NCBI GenBank assembly: GCA_031274195.1
Contig: JAISQM010000009.1
Coordinates: forward strand, 13,588-77,587
Source: Eubacteriales Family XIII. Incertae Sedis bacterium
GTDB lineage: Bacteria; Bacillota; Clostridia; Peptostreptococcales; Anaerovoracaceae
DNA: 64,000 nt
Direction: 5' to 3'
The notes beneath the pieces were generated by a model. That model made no database searches, was not told the origin of the DNA, and was given only the letters and a program-made list of their open reading frames with translations. The translations under genes were made by a program, and so were the position numbers. Shown one piece after another: positions 17,379 to 25,115 of the stretch (positions within the stretch are counted from its first letter, which is position 1; every line of letters starts with the position of its first letter).

Positions 17379-19663
17379 TATCGCAAGAAGAACTGGCACG
17401 GCAACAGCAGGCGATCTTTGATGAGGTGCGCGCCCGTGAGAGGGAGCGAGGGCCGGACACCGTCCCCGACTTGACCGAGGATAATTTGTCCAAAATACGC
17501 TCTGACATGGTTGGGATAATTGACCGTCAACTCGCCGAGGAACTGCGGGCGGGTATGACGATGGAGCAGATGGAAACGCAAAAGCGCCGTGACGTGTTAA
17601 ACCTAAAGCCGCCGGCCGAGTTGCCCGAGCTTCCGGAAGATGAAACTGTGAAGCTGTCAGCGTCAAAGCGCAAGAAAGCCCGCAAGAGACAGCGGGACAA
17701 CGAAGAAAAAGCGACGCGCTTGGGCTATGAGGCGGCGACGGGGGAAACGCTTCCCATGAGAGCGCAGATAGTCAAATCGGATAAAATCAAAAGCAAACAA
17801 AAGGATTCGGCTGCCAAGGCGCAGACCGAAGCCGCCGCGAAAAGGCTCGCCGCGAGCGCATTCTTTGACGTAGATATGTTCAATCCATCGTTTAGCCTAA
17901 AGACGGATACGTCAATAGATATAACCGCGATTCGGCGAAAAATCGATGAAGCCGACTTGACCGTGCGTACGTATCGGGAGCTCCCCGATTCCGAGGCGGG
18001 TACGCTGGAAGTGAAAGCGCAGTTTCTCCATCTCGAAGAAACGATGAAAGCGGCGCAGGCTGCCTTGACAGTGATACTTGGATGCAATGGCTTAAGCGAT
18101 AAGGGAGAGAAACTTTCCCGAGAGCAGGCCGGCAAATGCAAAGAGGAAAAAGCTGCGGCGATCGACAAATACCGCAGCCTTGTTTCAAATCGCCGGGAGT
18201 TCTTGGTCAAAGCCACTTACGACGAACTGTCTCGCAACGAAAAATTCACCGCCGCACTGGAAGTCCAAATCCTAAGTGCTAAGGCATCGAGCCCCGGTGA
18301 AGTATTTGGAGATGATGCGCTCTTGGATGAGCTTAGAACAACGATTGCCAACCCTGAAACTTCGCAAAGAGACAGGGCGGATGCGGAGAAGGAGCTTGCA
18401 AAATTTGAAGCGGTTCAACCCTACAAGGAATGGTATGAAAAGACAGGCATCGCCTATGGATATTTCAATATCTTGCAAATGGATGTGGAGCTCCGCAAGT
18501 CTTTGGATGATTATCCCGAAGCATATGCGAAGCATAAAGACGCAATCGATCAGATGTTTACCGAATATCTTTCCCTCCAAAAGTTTGTATGCGAAAAAAA
18601 TGCTATCAGGAGAGCGATCACTTTCGGAGGACTGAATCCCGATCTCTATTCTGTGAATATGGAAGTCGCGTTGAGTAACTATATTACTGAAGATCCAAAA
18701 TATAATGCTGCGCAGCAGAAAGGTGCTGCCTTGCGTGGGGCTATAACGCATCTTTTGACCGGAGCGAAAGCATTTCCGGACGCTCTGATACTGCTTCAGG
18801 AGGAATACAGGATCACCACCGATCAGCGTCGGGATGATCTAAAGGATATCGAAACGCTCGAGGGGATGAAGAAACAAAACGAAGCCTACGAGCAGGAACA
18901 GCGTGAAATCAACGAGAGGAAACAGCGTGAAGCGCGTGAGTGGACGGAGCGGGAGACGTCCCCTACGGATCCGAATGGATACGCCCATTACATATCTAAG
19001 CGTGGGAAAGAGCAACTCCAAAGAACCGGGAATATATCTCGGTTTGTGACAAAAATTTACACCGCGCACGTTGGTGGCGATAATTTTTCGAATCAATACG
19101 TGGTAGATGGACACCAAATAGATCCACGTATATTTACTTCCTATTTGGAAGGGTTCGATCTGGATGAACAAGGAGAGCCCCTCACCTTACGTGACGCGCA
19201 CGCCCGGGAGAAGTGCCGTGACTTTGCCGAGGCTGTTTTCGCAAACGACCATGAGAAAACAAAATCCCATCTTGATGCTTTCATACAAGAGCTGACCGCT
19301 TTCAACTTAACCCCCTCAATGCTTGAAGACGAGGAATATCTTGTCCGTCATAACCACGAACTCATGTCTCTTTCGTTGAAGCATGGGTACCTCGAAAATC
19401 TTGAAACATCTTTTCCGTGGTATTTTGAGAGCTTAAGCGCGCCCATCAAAGAGTGGCTTGCCAAAGTCCGCGACCTATATTCCTATGCCATCATGCTGAT
19501 AACTGCCAAACGAAACATCCTCGGCGTAGACCATGATTCGGTACTGAAAGACGACGAGTCCTCAAAAGCCATAGGGCAGGATGGGCAGGAGGTATGGAAT
19601 ACGTGTATGCCGCGGTTCAAAGCGGAGTGGGAAAGAATTTATGGAGGCGGCACGGCTGTGTAG
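17375..19663 (+). CDS. Large helical protein of unknown function, cassette copy 2 (762 aa)
   Basis: The ATG overlaps the GNAT stop (ATGA), indicating translational coupling. It shares the same sequence islands as copies 1 and 3 (KLSASKRKKARKRQRDNEEKA, GETLPM, FNPSFSLKTDTSIDI). Confidence 0.6.
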   Translation: MISQEELARQQQAIFDEVRARERERGPDTVPDLTEDNLSKIRSDMVGIIDRQLAEELRAGMTMEQMETQKRRDVLNLKPPAELPELPEDETVKLSASKRKKARKRQRDNEEKATRLGYEAATGETLPMRAQIVKSDKIKSKQKDSAAKAQTEAAAKRLAASAFFDVDMFNPSFSLKTDTSIDITAIRRKIDEADLTVRTYRELPDSEAGTLEVKAQFLHLEETMKAAQAALTVILGCNGLSDKGEKLSREQAGKCKEEKAAAIDKYRSLVSNRREFLVKATYDELSRNEKFTAALEVQILSAKASSPGEVFGDDALLDELRTTIANPETSQRDRADAEKELAKFEAVQPYKEWYEKTGIAYGYFNILQMDVELRKSLDDYPEAYAKHKDAIDQMFTEYLSLQKFVCEKNAIRRAITFGGLNPDLYSVNMEVALSNYITEDPKYNAAQQKGAALRGAITHLLTGAKAFPDALILLQEEYRITTDQRRDDLKDIETLEGMKKQNEAYEQEQREINERKQREAREWTERETSPTDPNGYAHYISKRGKEQLQRTGNISRFVTKIYTAHVGGDNFSNQYVVDGHQIDPRIFTSYLEGFDLDEQGEPLTLRDAHAREKCRDFAEAVFANDHEKTKSHLDAFIQELTAFNLTPSMLEDEEYLVRHNHELMSLSLKHGYLENLETSFPWYFESLSAPIKEWLAKVRDLYSYAIMLITAKRNILGVDHDSVLKDDESSKAIGQDGQEVWNTCMPRFKAEWERIYGGGTAV

Positions 19664-19724
19664 ACGCGCGTGGGTAAATCCCCTCGAAACAAGCGTCGGG
19701 AAAATGATCCAAGACGGATAAGTG

Positions 19725-19753
19725 TTGCGTTTTTCGCCAAATCATTATATACT
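19725..19753 (+). promoter_or_regulatory. SigA-type promoter of cassette 3 (TTGCGT-N17-TATACT)
   Basis: -35 at 19725-19730, -10 at 19748-19753, 17-nt spacer. Confidence 0.6.
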
Positions 19754-19866
19754 TTAAGCGCGATTATAGAGTAGTGTGTTGAAGCAGATTGTTCTTTTAA
19801 TAACATCCGTCCGGGATAACACTCTGTCTGTTATGATGCCGCAGTGTGTGGCGAGAAGGAGAAACT

Positions 19867-20733
19867 ATGGGATTGGTTTTGCTTACAGAAGAAAATAAAT
19901 CGGCGTTTATCGGTTATGTACCGACATATATACAATCGGAACTGTCCGAACCCGAAACTGTTTCGATAGGCGTCTTTGACGACAATTCCGGCATAGCGAC
20001 CGGCGTGCTTGTGTCGACGGTATTCAACAATTGGGTGGAGATCATCTGGATATATGTGGCAGAGGAAAGCCGCGAGAGCGGTTTGGCGCGGAGTATGCTC
20101 AGAATGTTGTCGAGCCACTCTTTCGATGTCCGGGATATAGAGGGTATCACAGCCCAGCTCGGCGACAAAAATACACACATGCAGTTGTACAATCTTCTCC
20201 GCAGTGAGGGCTTCACTTTTCGCAATGAGGAGGATTCCGTCTATATCCTGACCGTCGGTATGCTGACGGGCAATCCTTTCTGGAGCGACGCGGTAAACAA
20301 AGGCGGACCGGCGGTGATGGCGCTCAAGGAGTTGCCGTCCCATGTTCGCGACTCCTTCGAGAAACATATAGCCGCTTTGCCCGAAGGTGTGCCGGTCGGC
20401 AGACCCGTTCCGTGGGATGAATGCGATCTGAACTTCAGCGTAGGATATCTCAGAGAAGGTAAGATGACGGGGCTGTTGCTCATCGCCCGCGATGAGGGGG
20501 ATATGGAGCTGTCGTTCGCCTATGCCGAACCCGGAGAAAAGCTCGCGCTCGTGGCCATGTTGCGCGCGGCGGGCAACAAAGCGATCGAGACTCTGCCACC
20601 GGAAACCACGATATCGCTGACGGCGCTGAATGATGTGTCGGCAGCCATTGTTGAAAAAATATTCCCGGATATAACTCGCAGGACAGTACTTAGAGCGATC
20701 CGGCCATTTGGAGCGAAAGGAGATGCGAAATGA
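19867..20733 (+). CDS. Two-domain GNAT-like acetyltransferase, cassette copy 3
   Basis: IWIYVAEESRESGLARSMLRML motif. ATG 19867 follows GAAGGAGAA. Close paralogue of 16512. Confidence 0.7.
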   Translation: MGLVLLTEENKSAFIGYVPTYIQSELSEPETVSIGVFDDNSGIATGVLVSTVFNNWVEIIWIYVAEESRESGLARSMLRMLSSHSFDVRDIEGITAQLGDKNTHMQLYNLLRSEGFTFRNEEDSVYILTVGMLTGNPFWSDAVNKGGPAVMALKELPSHVRDSFEKHIAALPEGVPVGRPVPWDECDLNFSVGYLREGKMTGLLLIARDEGDMELSFAYAEPGEKLALVAMLRAAGNKAIETLPPETTISLTALNDVSAAIVEKIFPDITRRTVLRAIRPFGAKGDAK

Positions 20734-22337
20734 GCATGACACCTGAAGAATTGCAACGGGAAAGGCAACGCCGGGACTCATTGACGGTCGCTGAGCAGCA
20801 GGTGCAACAGCAACCTGTACAGCAATACACTATTCCCGATCTGACCGAAGAGCAGCATGAGGCATTACGGAAAAAAACATTTGAATTGAAAGACAGCGTC
20901 ATCGCCGAACAGTTGCGTCTCGGCATAATACAAACCGAGAATGTGAGGGAGATGAAAGCGGAACTCACCCTACTTTCTCCCCCGGCGAGTACTCTGCCCG
21001 CGATGCCGGTGGATGATGAACAAGCCAAAATGCTGAAACTGTCGGCGTCGAAGCGAAAGAAAGCTCGCAAAAGACAAGAGGATAACACGAAAAAAGCGCA
21101 GAGGCAAAACTATCAGTCGCCGACGGGGCAAACACTTCCTATGGCGGAACAGATAAAAAAACAAAAGCGTCAAGAAGCGAAACGCGGCCCGAGAGAAATA
21201 GAAAACTGGAGAGAGATTGGCTTAGATTCAACGGTTCTATATCATACCGATCTGTTCGACCCATCGTTCGACGTGAAGAAGGATACTTCGATAAACGTAG
21301 GCCAGATTCGGCAGGAGATTCAGACAGCCGAGGCGGTTTTGCGTCAGAAGGCCGACAGCAACGGGGAAGCTTTCAATCCTGAGGGAGAAGCCCGTTTCAG
21401 CGTTCTTCAGCAGACGACCGATGCGGCGAAGGCGGCATTGTACGCCGTCGTCGGCTCGCATGGCGTAAATTCAGACGATGGAACGCCCCTTCCCGAGGAG
21501 GAAGTTCTCAGATGTCGCGAGACGAAAGATGCGGCGATCGCCAAATATCGCGAGCTTGTTTGGAATCGCGGGATGCACGTAGCAAAACTCACTTACGAGA
21601 ATCTGCAGCAAAACGAAGCTTACCGGGAGCAGTACGCTTATCAGGTCGAGAGCTCGCGGTCAGGTTTATCGCGGGAACACGGCCTGTCTGAAGACACGCA
21701 AAGCAGGCTTGAAGCTGCAATAACGACCGCCAATACGGAGACAGACAGGACTCAAACGCGGCACCAACTTGATAAGAGGAGAAAGAACCTGCCATATTTG
21801 GATGAGTTGCGAGATTCCGGTATCGAGTACTCCTCTTACGGAGCAGCGGGGGTTCATATAGATCTCCTTCGGCTTAAGGCGGAACACGCTGATCGATACG
21901 CGGCGAATAAAGCCTTGTTCGATCGGATGTATGCGGAATTCCTCTCCGCTGAAAAGTATGTGCAGGAACGCGAGATGGCTGTAAAAGCGGTAGGGGGTGC
22001 GACCACGCTTGATGATGAGCTCTTTTCGGGTCAGACGGAAAACAATCTATATAATTACCTGGTTGACCGCAATCCCAAAATGGCTGCTGCGGATCATAGA
22101 GCCTCCGTCCTAATGCAAGCCATGACATATCTTCTGACCGGAAACGAAGATGGACTGTCTCCGGAGGGTAGGATTGCATTGGAAAGAGATTTCAATATCG
22201 TTACAGCGAAGCGGCAGGAGGAGAAAGACGCGCTCGCACGGCTTCAGGAGATGGATGAGCACAACGATCTCATCGCGCGCGCGGAGCGGGAGCGGCTCGA
22301 GCGGGATGCGCGGAAGCAGACATTGCCGCCCGAATAG
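20730..22337 (+). CDS. Large helical protein, cassette copy 3 (535 aa, lacks the C-terminal module of copies 1 and 2)
   Basis: The ATG overlaps the GNAT stop (ATGA). It shares KLSASKRKKARKRQEDN, GQTLPM and FDPSFDVKKDTSINV, and ends at ...QTLPPE, aligned with T(S/P)PTDP in copies 1 and 2. Confidence 0.6.
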   Translation: MSMTPEELQRERQRRDSLTVAEQQVQQQPVQQYTIPDLTEEQHEALRKKTFELKDSVIAEQLRLGIIQTENVREMKAELTLLSPPASTLPAMPVDDEQAKMLKLSASKRKKARKRQEDNTKKAQRQNYQSPTGQTLPMAEQIKKQKRQEAKRGPREIENWREIGLDSTVLYHTDLFDPSFDVKKDTSINVGQIRQEIQTAEAVLRQKADSNGEAFNPEGEARFSVLQQTTDAAKAALYAVVGSHGVNSDDGTPLPEEEVLRCRETKDAAIAKYRELVWNRGMHVAKLTYENLQQNEAYREQYAYQVESSRSGLSREHGLSEDTQSRLEAAITTANTETDRTQTRHQLDKRRKNLPYLDELRDSGIEYSSYGAAGVHIDLLRLKAEHADRYAANKALFDRMYAEFLSAEKYVQEREMAVKAVGGATTLDDELFSGQTENNLYNYLVDRNPKMAAADHRASVLMQAMTYLLTGNEDGLSPEGRIALERDFNIVTAKRQEEKDALARLQEMDEHNDLIARAERERLERDARKQTLPPE

Positions 22338-22409
22338 TTCTCGAAATAGATAAGATCAGGTTTGCATACAAAGTAGCACAGCAGTTAGGACATATAGGAT
22401 GTAAAGGCG

Positions 22410-24212
22410 GTGGAGAATTTGAACAACATCAATTTGTTGCCATTTGAGAAGAATCGATATTATCCCGGAAAATTGCTCACCTCGGTCGATTTTCTTTCCG
22501 AGCAGATGTACATGAGTAATAAACGGCGGTTTATGAACGATCTGTTGTACGGAGCGGGTATCATATGCGGGTTGAATGTGAACAACCTCGACGATACTTC
22601 GCTTATGGTCGAGTCAGGCGTGGCGATCGACGGACTTGGACGTGAGATCGTTTTGGAAAATTCCGTTGTGCGTAAGGTTTCGGCGATCGATGGCTATGAT
22701 GAGACAGAAAGCGGCAGGTTGTTGCTCTGTATCCGGTACGACGAGGAAGATATCCAACCGGTATACGCGATCGGCGCCGCGGATAAGGCGAGCGGGCATG
22801 AGATGAACCGCACTCAAGAGGGCTGTAAGCTCTTTTTGACGGATGCGGATTCCCGGGTGTTGACGATTCCCGAATCCGGATTTTTGAGCTCCGCGACGAT
22901 TTACGCCGATTCGGATTATTCCGTGACGTTGGCGTGTCCGTCGGTCGTGCCGAGCGGGCATAACGTCCGCGTCGCGATCACCGTTGAGAAGCTGTCCAAT
23001 GAAAATTCCCCGATCGTCTTAAACGGCCTATTTGGTACACCGGCGTTCGTCGGTGCCGACGGGAAGCATGGTTTTGTGGCCGATATCTCGGAGTTGATGT
23101 TGCTCGCGGGAGAGCGCAAACAGTTTGAATATCATTTGACCGCGAGAGCCGGCGGTAAGGCCGACACGATGATACTGGGAAAGCCGGACGACATCGAGGT
23201 CTCCGTGAATAGTGAAAAGAAGACGATCTCCGGGAATATCATGTTGCACCTGTCCATTTCCCCGGAGAGCCCTCGGGAGATCATTGAGCGTGAATTGGCC
23301 AAGACCAGTCTGGAGGAACGCGCGCTCCACCGTTCGTATGAATATGTGACGTTGGCTGAGGTGACCATCGAGCGCAGCAGCACCACGGCCATCATCAGCG
23401 ACATCCGGGATGACGCGATCAGATACTATATCCCGACCATCGCGAATAACGCGCGTAGGCACGAATATTCCGAATGGTTTGAGACCGCGAAACACAAGGA
23501 GCGGGTGGGGGTGAGTGCCGCTACCACGACGGAGGTCGATCATTATCCGACGGTTCGGGAGCCGATCTACGCGACCGGTGTGTGTGAGATACCGCTTGGC
23601 ACTGAGTACAAGAAAGGCGAGATACATCTTTCCAATGAGGTGATTCACGGACTCGGCGGCGGGGATGTGCACGTTGCGGTCGGTTGCGAGTGTCTGGCTT
23701 ACGATGCCAAATTGGATAAACAGGCCAAAAATACGGTCTATGGCGATTCGACGTTTTTCAAGGCGGACGCACTGCCCATTCCAAACGCGGAGTTGGCTGT
23801 GCGCGTGATGAACGACCGCGGGAGCTTCATTGTAGGCGCGAAGCTGAACGCGCGCACGGATTTTGTCGTGCTGCTCGTGCGCTGGACGGCCACAAAGCTG
23901 CCGAGCGGCGAGGAACGCGGCGCGTTGACCAGATTCGGGAATGACGCGGCCATCATGCCGGCGGAGCCGACGATCGTCGTCGCGCCCAACGAGAGCCGGT
24001 TTATCGACGTCAAGTTCAAAAATATGACGCCGTGCGCGTTGGAATATCAATTGACGGAGAAAAATTCAGGTTCGATCACAGTTGATGGCATCTACACGGC
24101 TTCAAATAAAGAAGGGGTATATGAGATTCACATCTACAGTGCGGACAATCCATATATCTCCACATACGCTTATGTCGTGGTGAAGGAGAAAGACAGCGAG
24201 GATGGGAAGTAG
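22410..24212 (+). CDS. Hypothetical 600-aa soluble protein, first gene of the long array containing the contractile injection system
   Basis: GTG start after AAAGGCGG; no TM segment visible. The N-terminus (YYPGKLLTSVDFLSEQMYMSNKRRFMNDLLYGAGIICGL) and a beta-rich, Ig-like-looking C-terminus (YQLTEKNSGSITVDGIYTASNKEGVYEIHIYS) give no family I can name with confidence. Confidence 0.5.
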   Translation: MENLNNINLLPFEKNRYYPGKLLTSVDFLSEQMYMSNKRRFMNDLLYGAGIICGLNVNNLDDTSLMVESGVAIDGLGREIVLENSVVRKVSAIDGYDETESGRLLLCIRYDEEDIQPVYAIGAADKASGHEMNRTQEGCKLFLTDADSRVLTIPESGFLSSATIYADSDYSVTLACPSVVPSGHNVRVAITVEKLSNENSPIVLNGLFGTPAFVGADGKHGFVADISELMLLAGERKQFEYHLTARAGGKADTMILGKPDDIEVSVNSEKKTISGNIMLHLSISPESPREIIERELAKTSLEERALHRSYEYVTLAEVTIERSSTTAIISDIRDDAIRYYIPTIANNARRHEYSEWFETAKHKERVGVSAATTTEVDHYPTVREPIYATGVCEIPLGTEYKKGEIHLSNEVIHGLGGGDVHVAVGCECLAYDAKLDKQAKNTVYGDSTFFKADALPIPNAELAVRVMNDRGSFIVGAKLNARTDFVVLLVRWTATKLPSGEERGALTRFGNDAAIMPAEPTIVVAPNESRFIDVKFKNMTPCALEYQLTEKNSGSITVDGIYTASNKEGVYEIHIYSADNPYISTYAYVVVKEKDSEDGK

Positions 24213-25101
24213 CAACGCGGCCACCGCAATCAATGACTGCGACCGGGAGAATGTCGTCAGGGTTGACGATATGATGCTTAAATGCGTTTCGGTGATTCTT
24301 GAAACCGAGGCGAATACCGTCTGGAGTTGTCGGGATATGCAGGCGATCGGGCAACCATATTATACCTTGCTCATCGTCACGGACAGAGAGATCGCGCGCG
24401 TATTGGTCTCCGCTTTCGCCGCATCCGAGAAGGAAACGGGGGAACGCGCGTATCTGCGCAGTTTCCTGTGGGGCGAGGATATCTGCTATCTGTTCCCGTA
24501 CCGCAGGGAGCGGCGGCTCGCCGATTTCGCGGCCGGACAGATCACAAACCCGACGATCAGCGAGGAGATATGCGTCAACATCCTGCTCGCCTGTATGGAA
24601 TCATCACTGCCGTATCCGCTTCTGTTCCTCGAATTTGAGCAGGAGCTTGTGCATGTCGAGAAGGATAACAGCGTATACCTGACGACGGACTTCGATGTCT
24701 CTAAGTTGGACGCTTCCATAGATGAGTCGGATTGCGTGGTGCGGTGCGCGCGTACCATGCTTGACATTCTCAACATGAATCGCAAGAAGCGACTCAAAAG
24801 CCGCAAGCTGCTCTCTCGGAAGATAGAACGACAGGCGTATGCGCGGTTTTCCGAAGTATATCACGACATCAAACTCACGGTTCTGGCCGAGAAAAAGATG
24901 TCCATTCTTCGGCGGTTTTTCAAATTTTGCGGCGTACACAGGGATCGGATATTTCGGATCATACTCGTTCTCAGCGTCATATGTTTTGTGCTTGCGCTTG
25001 TGATGCTCATCAGCTACTTGATCTTCGGGGACTTTGGTCTCGGAAAAATTTTCGGTCACAGTTTGAATACCATCGGAACCGAACGCTTGAACGTGAAATG
25101 A
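24202..25101 (+). CDS. Hypothetical protein with a C-terminal TM anchor
   Basis: Overlaps the previous gene. Hydrophobic helix IFRIILVLSVICFVLALVMLISYLIF near the C-terminus. The start may be ATG 24271. Confidence 0.5.
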   Translation: MGSSNAATAINDCDRENVVRVDDMMLKCVSVILETEANTVWSCRDMQAIGQPYYTLLIVTDREIARVLVSAFAASEKETGERAYLRSFLWGEDICYLFPYRRERRLADFAAGQITNPTISEEICVNILLACMESSLPYPLLFLEFEQELVHVEKDNSVYLTTDFDVSKLDASIDESDCVVRCARTMLDILNMNRKKRLKSRKLLSRKIERQAYARFSEVYHDIKLTVLAEKKMSILRRFFKFCGVHRDRIFRIILVLSVICFVLALVMLISYLIFGDFGLGKIFGHSLNTIGTERLNVK

Positions 25102-25115
25102 AAAGGAATTGACTC

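Noticed and set aside
22338-22409. Dedicated promoter or terminator between cassette 3 and the first gene of the CIS-containing array
   Set aside because: TTGCAT is present, but no acceptable -10 lies at 16-19 nt spacing and there is no stem-loop with a T-tract. I cannot support either a promoter or a terminator here, so read-through from cassette 3 remains possible.
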